A stretch of 64,000 nt of DNA from Scyliorhinus canicula (Eukaryota): assembly GCF_902713615.1 (NCBI RefSeq), contig NW_024056036.1:248001-312000 (forward strand), given 5' to 3'. The notes beneath the pieces are model-generated. The model worked only from the letters and a program-made list of their open reading frames with translations, was not told the DNA's origin and did not search any database. A program made the translations under genes and the position numbers. Shown here one piece after another: positions 34,184-46,831 of this stretch (position 1 is its first letter; each line of letters opens with the position of its first letter).

Positions 34184-34575
34184 ATTCCAATCCGCGGGAA
34201 CCGTCCGTCTCTGTCCTCCTGCCCTCGGCTGAAGACGTCTCCGCTCAGAGATTCGTCTCCCTCAGCTGCTTAGTGAGAGGTTTCTCCCCCCGAGAGATCT
34301 TCGTCAAGTGGACCGTCAATGACAAGCCGGTGAATCCCGGGAACTACAAGAACACCGAGGTGATGGCGGAGAACGGCAATAGCTCCTTCTTCATGTACAG
34401 CCTGTTATCCATTGCAGCGGAGGAGTGGGCCAGCGGCGCTTCTTACTCCTGTGTGGTGGGACATGAAGCCATCCCCTTGAAGATCATCAACAGAACGGTT
34501 GATAAATCCAGCGGTAAACCCAGTTTTGTGAACATTTCCCTCGCTCTGATGGACACCGTTAATTCATGCCAATGA
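34184..34575 (+). CDS. IGHM: IgM CH4 exon plus secretory tailpiece (…[24 protein letters not shown])
   Basis: Acceptor tgcag at 34183; tailpiece with N-glycan site NIS and penultimate Cys; internal donor G|GTAAA at 34513/34514 for the membrane form. Confidence 0.97.
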
Positions 34576-34602
34576 GAATCTATTGGTTATATTTCGAACT
34601 AA

Positions 34603-34616
34603 AATAAAATAATAAA
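34603..34616 (+). terminator. Secretory-form polyadenylation signals (two AATAAA)
   Basis: AATAAA at 34603-34608 and 34611-34616, ~30 bp after the stop, followed by a T-rich tract. Confidence 0.85.
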
Positions 34617-35024
34617 GTTTTTTTCCTCCAATTGTGATTTAAATGCACGGCCGCTTAATTAATGGCGCTTCCACTTTGCTGATATTAGATCTGTTCAATG
34701 AGACCCGGATTTCTACAGGTCTCAGCCCCAAGTCTGATACAACCAGTGCTCCCAGCTCAGATACACCCTGGGTTAGAGACAGAGTAAAACTCATTCATTC
34801 CAGGATTCAGCAAAATATCTTCATTGACTTTCCTCCCGCTGAGGAGAAATCGGACAATTCCCCATTTCAGACAAACAAACCATCACATTTAGATCTCGGT
34901 GTTCCTGCTTCTCTCATTGTCCATCCCTTTAAAATTAATGTCAGCTTTAAATTGCTGCATCAGACCCACTGGGAACTGAATTGAGGGTTACACAGAAACA
35001 TGGACCAACAATCGCCAGTCAAAG

Positions 35025-35560
35025 AGAGGGGGAAGTGAAATTGTTAATCCACTGTACCCGCACTTTCCCAACAGAGAGAGGGGGAGGGGCATTAGTTAAT
35101 CCACTGTACCCGCACTTTCCCAACAGAGAGAGGGGGAGGGGTATTAGTTATTCCACTGTACCCCCAACTTCCCCAACAGAGTGAGGGGGAGGGGCATTAG
35201 TTAATCCACTGTTCCCCCACTTCCCCAACAGAGGGAGGGGGAGGGGCATTAGTTAATCCACTGTTCCCCCACTTCCCCAACAGAGGGAGGGGGAGGGGCA
35301 TTAGTTAATCCACTGTGCCCCCAACTTCCCCAACAGAGTGAGGGGGAGGGGCATTAGTTAATCCACTGTTCCCCCACTTCCCCAACAGAGGGAGGGGGAG
35401 GGGCATTAGTTAATCCACTGTAGCCCTACTTCCCCAATAGAGAGAGGGGGAGGGGCCTGAGTTAATCCACTGTACACCTGCTTCCAACAATGAGAGGGGG
35501 AGAGGCATTATTTAATCCACTGTACCCACACTTCCCCAACAAAGAGAGCAAAGGGGCAAT
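35025..35560 (+). repeat. ~10 x 52-bp tandem minisatellite with G and C tracts
   Basis: gttaatccactgt at 35043, 35095, 35147, 35200, 35252, 35304, 35357, 35409, 35461 and ~35511. Confidence 0.93.
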
Positions 35561-35989
35561 AATAATCCATTTTACGTCCACTATCCCGACCAAAAGAGGA
35601 GGAAGGTGACGAGTGAACTCTCTGTATCTCCATCTCCAGCTGGGAGAACCCAAAGGCAATTTGCTGAGCTGACCAGAGAGAGGGAGATTATTAACTCAAT
35701 ATCTTCCCGGTCTCCAAGCAGCGAGTTTGGAAGTAAACGGTTCTCTAGACTAAGAAATCAGTTACTGACATTACAAGACGACATGTAGCTTACTGGCTGA
35801 AGGGTTTAAAAGATCATCATGATAAAGATGTATATTTTTAGCACCCTTGTTCGTCTTATCCGTCTGCTTAGACCGATTCCCCAGAATCCAAATCCAGATG
35901 GTGATTGAATTCTCCCTGGGTTTTCACTGTTCTCTCCTGAGGCACCTCCTTGTATTTTTGCATTAGGTCACCTGATGTCAGCTTGCAAC

Positions 35990-37380
35990 TCACACAAAAT
36001 ACATTTATAAGCAGAAAGTTCAACATATTCTACATCGGGACCAATAATACCCACAACTGGCAAAGCTACAGGCAGCTGATACAAATACACAGACAGATAA
36101 ACAGACACAAACACTACACACACACACGCACACAGACCCACAAACGTACACGCGCTCACACGTAGACACAGACACACACAGAGAAACACATGCATAAACA
36201 TACACCCAGGTACAACGAACCACACATATTTTGGCACAAAATCACACGCAAACGTGCGCAAAAATTCACAAATATGCACATAAACACAAAAAAACACACG
36301 TTTGTACACACACACATACATACGGGCACATCTACACAAACACACACAAATCCACACACACAAGTGGGACACAAATGTACACAAACAGACACATACAACC
36401 ACATGACCACACACACACAAACATATGAAAGCAAACCGACGGAAAAATATGAAACACAAATGTAACCAATAACATGTACATTAGCAGAATTTCACGATGA
36501 CAGAAATATTTCCATTCAGAGACAATGATCCACACTGACACACTTATGGGCATACGTAGGCACATATTAGCATACCCATACACATGCTAACACAAACACA
36601 CATTAGTGCACATCGAGGCATCAATAAACATCAATAGTTATAAACAACCACCAACTCATAAATAGCACTGCTGCCTCACAGCGCCATAAACCCGGGTTCA
36701 ATTCCAGCCTTGGGTGATTGTCTGTGTGGAGTTCCCACGTTCTCCAGTGTCTGTTCCTGTTTCCTCCGGGGGCTCCGGTTTCCTCCCACAGTCCAAAGAT
36801 GTGCAGGTTCGGTGGATTGGCCAGGCTATATTACCCCTTAGTGCCCACAACGTTAGGTGGGGTTCCGAGGTTCTGGGGACAGGGCAGGGGTCCAGGGGTC
36901 CAGGTAGGATGCTCTTTCCGAGGGTCGGTGCAGACTCAATGGGCCGAATAGCCTCGTTCGGCACAGTAGGGATTATACGAAGATGATTCTGTGATGAAAT
37001 ACAGGCATCAACAAACACACACACACACAAACGCAGTTATCCAGACACAAACATTAAGACAAAGACATGCATGTTGAACGGATAAAGACACATTTACACT
37101 TTTATTACTGGGCGGAGAAGTATAAACTTATACTAACACAGGCATTAATATATACACATAGACTTCAACACACACACACACGCAATAAAACACTCATATA
37201 TACTCGTTGACAGAAGATAAACAAAGTCCACATACAGGCGCTGACACAGATACACAGATCAATACTCGTTGACACATGAACACACAATGACACTTATAAA
37301 GACATCGGGACACAAAAGAAGAGTAAAGAAACACGAATTTCGCATCCACACAGACACAAAATATGAAGAACAAACACAAA
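35990..37380. repeat. Degenerate (CA)n-rich simple repeat, interrupted by a V-SINE (~36661-36980, +)
   Basis: Low-complexity acacac sequence; V core ttcccacgttctccagtgtctg...ggtttcctcccacagtccaaagatgtgcagg. Confidence 0.8.
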
Positions 37381-37391
37381 CGTCAGGCAAT

Positions 37392-37575
37392 GGCGGCACG
37401 GTGGCATAGTGGTTAGCACTGCTGCCTCACGCCACCATGGACCTGGGGTTGATCCCGCTCCTGGGTCTCTGTCCCAGTGGAGTTTCCCCGTGACCCGTGG
37501 GTCTCACGCCGACAACCCAAAGATGTGCAGAGTAGGTGGATTGGCCACGCTAACTTGCCCCTTAATTGGAAGAAA
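37392..37575 (+). mobile_element. HE1-like V-SINE
   Basis: ggcggcacggtggcatagtggttagcactgctgcc head; tail gccccttaattggaagaaa. Confidence 0.8.
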
Positions 37576-37743
37576 TAGGTGACAGAGACCGATTTCTGAG
37601 TGTCATGAACTCACCAGTAGATATGCAATAATAAATATATAAAAGAATGAATTAGCAGCGGGAGAAATTTAAACAAGAATATTAAAAATATATCCTAGAT
37701 TAATAAACAATCTGATTATATTTATCCGGCTCTATCCTCGTAG

Positions 37744-37871
37744 ATACCACAGACCACACCTGGACTGAAGAAAATGAGGATGATAACGGGAACATCTGGA
37801 CAACCGCTTCCACATTCATCACCCTGTTCTTCCTGAGCATTTCCTACAGCGCTGCAGTCACTCTGGTGAAG
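37744..37871 (+). CDS. IGHM: IgM TM1 exon (DTTDHTWTEENEDDNGNIWTTASTFITLFFLSISYSAAVTLVK)
   Basis: Acceptor ctcgtag at 37743; acidic spacer plus conserved CART transmembrane motif (T..TF..LF.LS..YS..VT); donor GTGAGA at 37872. Confidence 0.96.
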
Positions 37872-38011
37872 GTGAGAAGATTCAGTCCACTCACACTTCA
37901 AACTGACAGAGGCCGTTTAAAACATCTCTAAATGTTTGATTGATTAAAAACTCTAACATCAATGTCCCAGATCATAAACATCTGCTTCATCACTTTCTCT
38001 CTCTTTTACAG

Positions 38012-38020
38012 ATCAAGTGA
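38012..38020 (+). CDS. IGHM: IgM TM2 exon (IK*)
   Basis: Polypyrimidine tract and ttacag at 38011, then ATC AAG TGA, 140 bp after TM1. Confidence 0.85.
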   Translation: MK

Positions 38021-38416
38021 TCGGTTGACGTTCGGACGCTGTAGATCTTCCTCAGCTGTTTATTATGATCTGTGTGTGACAGAAATACAATATCTCCTCT
38101 TGGTGACTCTCACAGTAAAATTCTCTCAGTTTATTATTCTGCATCTGTAACTGAGACAATCATGGACAGTATTTCTGCTTTTCAGTTTAAAATGTCCGAG
38201 ATAATTTTGGCTGTATTGTAATTGTAGCTAATAATTTCTCTCAATGTCATGTCTAAATAAGTAACTTATCTCGTAACTTATTTACAACAGTTGCCTTCCC
38301 TTTATGTTGAGCTCCTGTTCTCTCTTGTGTCTGTAGCAGTTGTACATACATTTGGCAGCTCAGAGGGCATGTGTTCTGTTCTCACTGTGACCCTCAATCG
38401 TTTTTGTTAACTTCAA

Positions 38417-38468
38417 AATAAACTTTTGTGCAATATCGTCTCTGAAATGTTAATAAATATTGAATAAA
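38417..38468 (+). terminator. Membrane-form polyadenylation signal candidates
   Basis: AATAAA at 38417-22, 38452-57 and 38463-68. Confidence 0.7.
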
Positions 38469-38744
38469 AAGTTAATAAAATACTTTGCTGAACTTCTTTC
38501 TCTCAAGTCCATCGGAAGCGCTCCTTTTCCCCGATTATACAGTTCTCTCCCCTTTCCCAGACAGATATTTCTCACCAGTCCCTCTGGGATGTGTCTGAAC
38601 TCACGGCCCCTCAGTGAAAGACCCACTGCGCCACCAAGCGGCCCATCCGGGTTAAGACATTTCACCTCTGCCGTTTTATGGTAAACTCCAGAGAGAGGAT
38701 ATGAAATGAAAAATGAAAATCGCTTGTTGTCAGGAGTAGGCTTC

Positions 38745-38880
38745 AATGAAGTTACTGTGAAAAGCCCCTGGTCGCCACATTCCGGCGCCTGTTCGGGGAG
38801 GCTGTTACGGGAATCGAGCCATGCTGCTCGCATGGCTTTCTGCGATCAAAGCCAGCGATTTAGCCCAGTGTGCTAAACAG
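38745..38880 (-). mobile_element. Short tRNA-derived SINE (same family as 4770-4908)
   Basis: ttactgtgaaaagcccctggtcgccacattccggcgcctgttc...ttagcccagtgtgctaaacag. Confidence 0.7.
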
Positions 38881-39554
38881 CATGATTGCGCAGCTGAAGA
38901 ATTCCACAGATTCACTCCCGTCTGAGAGAAGAAATGTCTCCTCATCTCTATCTTAAATGGGAGACCCCTTACGCTGACATTTTGCCCTCTGGTCCTAGAC
39001 TTTCCCACAAGAGGAAACATCCTCTCAGCATCTTCCCTGTCAAGTCCCCTGAGAATCCTTATGTCTTAATAAGGTTACCTCTCATTCGTCTCAACTCCAA
39101 TGCGTACAGGCCCAAACAACTCAACCTCTTCTAATATGAAAATCCCTCCATACCCAGGATCAACCCAGTGAACCTTCTCTGGACAGCTTCAAATGTCCAC
39201 ACATATTCCCTGAGGAAAGGGGACCAAGATTATTCACAGTATTCCAGGTGTGGTCTAACTAGTGGCTGTAAAATTTCAGCAGGACTTCCCTATTTTTCTA
39301 CTCCATTCCCTTTAACATAAAGACCAATCTTCCCAATTACCTGCTGAAACTGCATGTTAGTTTTTTGTAATTTATGCACCAGGACCTCTGTGCTGCAACT
39401 TTCTGCAGGCTTTCGACATTTAAATGATATTCATCTCCTACATTATATTCCATCTGTCAAGTTTTTACCCAATCACCAAATCTGTCTATATTCATCTGCA
39501 GACTTCACATCTGTTTTTGTGTCATCCACAAAGTTTGCAACAGGGCATTCACTT
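38880..39554 (-). mobile_element. CR1 3' and RT fragment (continues at 42791-42920 after a nested insertion)
   Basis: Reverse-complement CR1 sequence; tcactt duplicated at 39549-54 and 42791-96. Confidence 0.7.
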
Positions 39555-42500
39555 TCAACACCATAATCCCAGCCAAACTCATATCAAAGCTCCAAAACCT
39601 AGGACATGGCTCTCCACTCAGCAACTGGATCCTCGATTTTCTGACCAACAGACCACAATCAGAAATAATTAACACCAACACCTCCTCCACAATAGTCCTC
39701 AATACCGGTGTACCGCAAGGCTGCGTACTTAGCCCCCTACTCTACTCCCTGTACACACACGACTGCGTGGCAAAATTTGGTTTCACTCCCCCTTGCTCTT
39801 TGCATTGGAAATTGAGCCCCTGGCCATGGCGTTGAGGGAGTCGAGGAATTGGAGGTTGTCTGGTGCGGGGTGGGGAGGAGCACCGAGTGTCATTATACGC
39901 AGATGACTGGTTGCTATATGTGGCGGACCCAGTGGGGGGAATGCCAGAGGTGATGACGATCCTTAGGGAATTTGGGGGCTTTTCTGTGTACAAGCTCAGC
40001 CTGGGTAAGAGTGAGATGTTCATCGTGCACGCGGGGGATCAGGAGAAGGGGATTGGTAGGCTCCCACTGAAAAGGGCAGGGAGTAGCTTTCGGTACCTGG
40101 GAGTCCAGATGACTAGGAGCTGGGGGGTTCTTCACAAACTTAACCTGACTAGGCTGGTGGAGCAAATGGAGGAGGAGTTCAAAAGATGGGACATGTTGCC
40201 GCTGTCGCTGGCAGGCAGGGTGCAGTCCGTCAAGATGACGGTGCTCCCGAGGTTTTTGTTCTTGTTCCAGTGCCACCCCATCCTTATCCCGAAGGCCTTT
40301 TTTAGGAGGTCAATAGGAGTATTAGGGGATTTGTATGGGCGCATGGGACTCCGAGGGTGAGAAGGGTGCTTTTGGAGCGGGGCAGGGATGGGGGGGGGGG
40401 TGCTGGCATTGCCCAACCTATGTGGGTACTATCGGGCTGCCAATGCAGCGATGGTTCGTAAGTGGGTAATGGACGGGGCAGTGGCAGCATGGAAGAGGAT
40501 GGAGATGGCGTCCTGTGTGGACACGAGCCTGGAGGCGCTGGTAACGGCGGCGTTGCCGCTCCCTCCAATGAGATATACCACGAGCCCGGTGGTGGTGGCT
40601 ACCCTCAAAATTTGGGGGCAATGGAGATGGCATAGGGGGGAAGTGGGGGGCTCAATGGAGTCCCCGATGCGGGGGAACCACCGGTTTGTTCCAGGGAGCA
40701 TCGATGGTGGGTTTCTTGGCTGGCATAGGGTAAGTCTCAGGAGATTGAGGGACCTGTTTGTGGATGGGAGGTTTGTGAGCCTGGATGAGTTAGAAGGGAA
40801 GTTTGGGCTCCCCCGGGGAACATGTTTAGGTACATGCAGGTTAGGGCGTTTGCCAGGTGGAGGGGTTCCCTCTGCTGCCCACACATGGGGTACAGGACAG
40901 GGTGCTCTCGGGGGTGTGGGTTGGAGGGGGAGGATTTCGGACGTGTACCACGTCATGCAGGAGGTGGATGAGGCTTCGGTGGGGGAGCCGAAGGGTAAAT
41001 GGGAAGAGGAGCTGGGTGAGGAGATTGAGGAGGGGACGTGGGTGGATGCCCTGGAGAGAGTGAATTCCTCCTCTTCCTGTGTGAGGCTTAGCCTCATACA
41101 GTTCAAGGTGCTGCACAGGGCCCACATGACCGGGATGAGGATGAGTAGGTTTTTCAGGGGCGAAGACAGGTGTGCTAGGTGCTCGGGGAGCCCAGCGAAC
41201 CATGCCCATATGTTCTGGACATGTCCAGCGCTGGGGGAATTTTGTAAGGGGGTAGCAAGGACGGTGTCGAGGGTGGTAGGATCCAGGGTCAAGCCAGGCT
41301 GGGGACTCGCAATGTTTGGGGTTGCAGTGGAGCCGGGAGTGCAGGAGGCGAAAGAGGCCGGTGTGCTGGCCTTTGCATCCCTAGTAGCCCGGCAGAGGAT
41401 TTTGCTTCAATGGAAGGATGCGAAGCCCCCAAGCGTGGAGGCCAGGGTCAATGACATGGCCGGGTTCATCAAATTGGAGAAGATGAAATTTGCCCTGAGG
41501 GGATCAGTACAGGGGTTCTTTAGGCGGTGGCCGTCTTTCCTGGACTTCCTGGCGGAACTGTAGGGAAATAGGCCGGCAGCAGCAGAAGCCCGAGGGGGGG
41601 GGGGGGGGGGGGGGGGGAGGGGGGGGAGGGGGGGGGGGTTGTTGCGGGGGAAGGGAGAAATGTGTATATGTGTTTATTGAATATGCCGGGTGCTTATCTA
41701 TTTCTTCTATTTGTAGTTACTTGGAGGGGGGAGGGGGGGGTTGGGATTTGGTCTTGGGGGTTATTGTGTTATTTCTTTTTGCTGTTGTTAATACGGTTTT
41801 CTTGCTGTTATTTAATGTTTTTGATATGTTTTTTAAAATCTTAATTAAAAATATTTTTTTAAAAACTTGGTTTCAACTCCATCTGCAAGTTTGCTGACGA
41901 TACGACCGTAGTGGGCCGGATCTCGAATAACGACGAGTCCGAATACAGGAGGGAGATAGAGAACCTAGTTGAGTGGTGTAACGACAACAATCTCTCCCTC
42001 AATGCCAGCAAAACTAAAGAGCTGGTCATCGACTTCAGGAAGCAAAGTACTGTACACACCCCTGTCAGCATCAACGGGGCCGAAGTGGAGATGGTTAGCA
42101 GTTTCAAATTCCTAGGGGTGCACATCACAAAAAATCTGTCCTGGTCCACTCATGTCGACGCTATCACCAAGAAAGCGCCTATACTTCCTCAGGAAATTAA
42201 GGAAATTCGGCATGTCCACATTAACCCTTGCCAACTTTTACAGATGCACTATAGAAAGCATCCTATCAGGCTGCATCACAGTCTGGTATATCAACTGCTC
42301 GGCCCAGGACCGCAAGGAACTTCAGAGAGTCGTGAATACCGCCCAGTCCATCACACAAACCTGCCTCCCATCCATGGACTCCATCTACACCTCCCGCTGC
42401 CAGGGGAAAGCGGGCAGCATAATCAAGGTTCCCTCCCACCCGGCTTACTCACTTTTCCAACTTCTTCCATTGGGCAGGAGATACAGAAATCTGAGAACAT

Positions 42501-42790
42501 GCACGAACAGACTCAAAAACAGCTTCTTCCCCACTGTCACCAGGCTCCTAAATGGCTCTCTTATTGACTGACCTCATTAACACTACACCCATGTCTGCTT
42601 CATCCGATGCCAATGCTTATGTAGTTACATTGTATATCTTGTGTTGCCCTATTATGTATTTTCTTGGATTTTCTTGAATTTTGTTTAATTCCCTTTTCTT
42701 CCCATGTACTGGATGATCTGTTGAGCTACTTGCAGAAAAATACTTTTCACTGTGCCTCGGTACACGTGACAATAAACAAATCCAATCCAA
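39555..42790 (+). mobile_element. Rex1/Babar-type LINE, 5'-truncated, split by an L1 insertion
   Basis: 39700-39785 encodes [23 protein letters not shown] and resumes at 41862 with FNSICKFADDTTVVGRISNNDESEYRREIENLVEWCNDNNLSLNASKTKELVIDFRK; tail aataaacaaatccaatccaa. Confidence 0.85.
39786..41861 (+). mobile_element. L1-clade LINE, 5'-truncated (RT C-terminal half, G-rich 3'UTR, A/T tail)
   Basis: ORFs 39863-40360 (SLYADD...LPLSLAGRVQSVKMTVLPRFLFLFQ) and 40388-41563; 14-bp TSD aaaa(t/c)ttggtttca at 39772-85 and 41862-75. Confidence 0.9.
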
Positions 42791-42959
42791 TCACTTCCCT
42801 CGTCCAAGTCATTAATATATATGGTGAATAACCTTGGCCCCAGTACGGATCACTGTGGCACTCCACTAGTTCTAAGCTACCATTCTGAATATACCCCCTA
42901 TTCCCAATTTTCTGTCTTTTATAATAATAACAATAATCTTTATTATTGTCACAAGTTCT

Positions 42960-43791
42960 TGTTAGACCGGTTGATGGCTCTGGAGCTGCGGATGGACTCA
43001 CTTTGGAGCATCCGCGATGCTGAGGAGGTCGTGGATAGCACGTTTAGTGAGTTGGTCACACCGCAGGTGAAGGTTACTGAGGGAGATAGAAAATGGGTGA
43101 CCAAAAGAAAGAGCAAGAGTAGGAAGGCAGTGCAGGTGTCCCCTGCGGTCATCTCCCTGCAAAACAGATATACCGCTTTGGATACTGTTGAGGGAGATGG
43201 CTCACCAGGGGAAGGCAGCAGCAGCCAGGTTCATGGCACCGTGGCTGGCTCTGCTGCACAGCAGGGCAGGAAGAAAAATGGCAGGGCTATAGTGATAGGG
43301 GACTCGATCGTAAGGGGAATAGACAGGCGGTTCTGTGGACGCAATCGAGACTCCAGGATGGTATGTTGCCTCCCTGGTGCAAGGGTCAAGGATGTCTCGG
43401 AGCGGCTGCAGGACATTCTAGGGGGGGAGGGTGAACAGCCAGCTGTCGTGGTGCACATAGGCACCAACGATATAGGTAAAAAACGGGATGAGGTCCTACA
43501 AGCGGAATTCAGGGAGTTAGGAGTTAAACTAAAAAGTAGGACCTCAAAGGTAATAATCTCAGGATTGCTACCAGTGCCACGAGCTAGTCAGAGTAGGAAT
43601 GTCAGGATAGATAGGTGAATGCGTGGCTCGAGAGATGGTGCAAGAGGGAGGGATTCAAATTCCTGGGGCATTGGGACCGGTTCTGGGGGAGGTGGGACCA
43701 GTACAAACCGGACGGTCTGCACTTGGGCAGGACTGGAACCGATGTCCTAGGGGGGGTGTTTTCTAGAGCTGTTGGGGAGGGTTTAAACTAA
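42960..43791 (+). pseudogene. CR1 ORF1 (SGNH esterase-like), 5'-truncated, one frameshift near 43615
   Basis: ORF to 43618, then a shifted frame continues NAWLERWCKREGFKFLGHWDRFWGRWDQYKPDGLHLG...GLN*; the stop overlaps the ORF2 ATG (TAATG). Confidence 0.85.
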
Positions 43792-46700
43792 TGTGGCAGG
43801 GGGATGGGAACCAATGCTGGAAGTTGGAAGGTAGTAAAACAGGGACAGAAACAAAAGGAAGTAAGGGGAAAAGTGCAAGGCAGAGAAGACATAGTCAGAA
43901 ATCCATAAGGGCGACAGTACAAGGTACAGTGACTGAAGGGAGCACAGTGAATAGGCCCAGTAATAACAAAAGGAATAAAACTGGAGATGTTAAGATTCAA
44001 AACAGAGGTAAAAAAACCAACATAAGTGTACTTTACCTGAATGCTCGTAGTATTCGGAATAAAGTAAATGAGTTGGTGGCACAAATCATCGTGAAAGACT
44101 ATGATTTAGTGGCCATTACTGAAACATGGCTAAAGGATGGTCACGACTGGGAGTTAAATATCCGAGGGTATCAAACTATTCGGAAGGACAGAGTGGATGG
44201 TAAGGGAGGTGGTGTTGCTCTGTTATTTAAGGATGACATCCGGGCAATAGTAAGGGATGACATCGGTGCTATGGAGGATAAGGTTGAATCCATTTGGGTG
44301 GAAATCAGGAATAGTAAGGCGAAAAAGTCACTGATAGGAGTAGTCTATCGGCCACCAAATAGTAACGAGATGGTGGGGAAGGCAATAAACAAAGAAATAA
44401 CTGATGCATGTAGAAATGGTACAGCAGTTATCATGGGGGATTTTAATCTACATGTCGATTGGTTTAACCAGGTCGGTCAAGGCAACCGTGAGGAGGAGTT
44501 TATAGAATGTATCCGCGATAGTTTCCTAGAACAGTATGTAATGGAACCTACGAGGGAACAAGTGGTCCTAGATCTTGTCCTGTGTAATGAGACAGGATTG
44601 ATTCATGATCTCATAGTTAGGGATCCTCTCGGAAGGAGCGATCACAATATGGTGGAATTTAAAATACAGATGGAGGGTGAGAAAGTAAAATCAAATACTA
44701 GTGTTTTGTGTTTAAACAAAGGAGATTACAAGGGGATGAGAGAAGAACTAGCTAAGGTAGACTGGGAGCTAAGACTTTATGGTGGAACAGTTGAGGAACA
44801 GTGGAGAACCTTCCAAGCGATTTTTCACAGTGCTCAGCAAAGGTTTATACCAACAAAAAGGAAGGACGGAAGAAAGAGGGAAAATCGACCGTGGATATCT
44901 AAGGAAATAAGGGAGAGTATCAAATTGAAGGAAAAAGCATATAAAGTGGCAAAGATTGCTGGGAGATTAGAGGACTGGGAAATCTTTAGGGGGCAACAGA
45001 AAGCTACTAAAAAAGCTATAAAGAAGAGTAAGATAGAGTATGAGAGTAAACTTGCTCAGAATATAAAAACAGACAGTAAAAGTTTTTACAAATATATAAG
45101 ACAAAAAAGAGTGGCTAAGGTAAATATTGGTCCTTTAGAGGATGAGAAGGGAGTTTTAATAATGGGAAATGAGGAAATGGCTGAGGAACTGAACAGGTTT
45201 TTTGGGTCGGTCTTCACAGTGGAAGACACAAATAACATGCCAGTGACTGATAGAAATGAGGCTATGACAGGTGAGGACCTTGAGACGATTGTTATCACTA
45301 AGGAGGGAGTGATGGGCAAGCTAATGGGGCTAAAGGTAGACAAGTCTCCTGGCCCTGATGGAATGCATCCCAGAGTGCTAAAAGAGATGGCTAGGGAAAT
45401 TGCAGATGCACTAGTGATAATTTACCGAAATTCACTAGACTCTGGGGTGGTCCCGGTGGATTGGAAATTAGCAAACGTGACGCCACTGTTTAAAAAAGGA
45501 GGTAGGCAGAAAGCAGGAAATTATAGGCCAGTGAGTTTAACTTCGGTAATAGGAAGATGCTGGAATCTATCATCAAGGAAGAAATTGCGAGGCATCTGGA
45601 TAGAAATTGTCCCATTGGGCAGACGCAGCATGGGTTCGTAAAAGGCAGGTCGTGCCTAACTAATTTAGTGGAATTTTTTGAGGACATTACCAGTGCAGTA
45701 GATAACGGGGAGCCGATGGATGTGGTATATCTGGATTTCCAGAAAGCCTTTGACAAGGTGCCACACAAAAGGTTGCTGCATAAGATAAAGATGCATGGCA
45801 TTAAGGGTAAAGTAGTAGCATGGATAGAGGATTGGTTAATTAATAGAAAGCAAAGAGTTGGGATAAATGGGTGTTTCTCTGGTTGGCAATCAGTAGCTAG
45901 TGGTGTCCCTCAGGGATCCGTGTTGGGCCCACAATTGTTCACAATTTACATTGATGATTTGGAGTTGGGGACCAAGGGCAATGTGTCCAAGTTTGCAGAT
46001 GACACTAAGATGAGTGGTAAAGCGAAAAGTGCAGAGGATACTGGAAGTCTGCAGAGGGATTTGGATAGGTTAAGTGAATGGGCTCGGGTCTGGCAGATGG
46101 AATACAATGTTGACAAATGTGAGGTTATCCATTTTGGTAGGAATAACAGCAAACGGGATTATTATTTAAACGATAAAATATTAAAGCATGCCGCTGTTCA
46201 GAGAGACTTGGGTGTGCTAGTGCATGAGTCACAGAAGGTTGGTTTACAAGTGCAACAGGTGATTAAGAAGGCAAATGGAATTTTGTCCTTCATTGCTAGA
46301 GGGATGGAGTTTAAGACGAGGGAGGTTATGTTGCAATTGTATAAGGTGTTAGTGCGGCCACACCTGGAGTATTGTGTTCAGTTTTGGTCTCCTTACTTGA
46401 GAAAGGACGTACTGGCGCTGGAGGGTGTGCAGAGGAGATTCACTAGGTTAATCCCAGAGCTGAAGGGGTTGGATTATGAGGAGAGGTTGAGTAGACTGGG
46501 ACTGTACTCGTTGGAATTTAGAAGGATGAGGGGGGATCTTATAGAAACATTTAAAATTATGAAGGGAATAGATAGGATAGATGCGGGCAGGTTGTTTCCA
46601 CTGGCGGGTGACAGCAGAACTAGGGGGCATAGCCTCAAAATAAGGGGAAGTAGATTTAGAACTGAGTTTAGGAGGAACTTCTTCACCCAAAGGGTTGTGA

Positions 46701-46831
46701 ATCTATGGAATTCCTTGCCCAGTGAAGCAGTTGAGGCTCCTTCATTACATGTTTTTAAGGTAAAGATAGATAGTTTTTTGAAGAATAAAGGGATTAAGGG
46801 TTATGGTGTTCGGGCTGGAAAGTGGAGCTGA
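43791..46831 (+). pseudogene. CR1 ORF2 (APE endonuclease + reverse transcriptase), one frameshift near 45553
   Basis: ORFs 43791-45641 and 45557-46831 join at VIG(K)MLESII if one base is restored. Confidence 0.9.

Noticed and set aside
41590-41650. Long poly-G tract as a separate G4 element
   Set aside because: It is part of the L1 3'UTR inside the TSD-bounded insertion.
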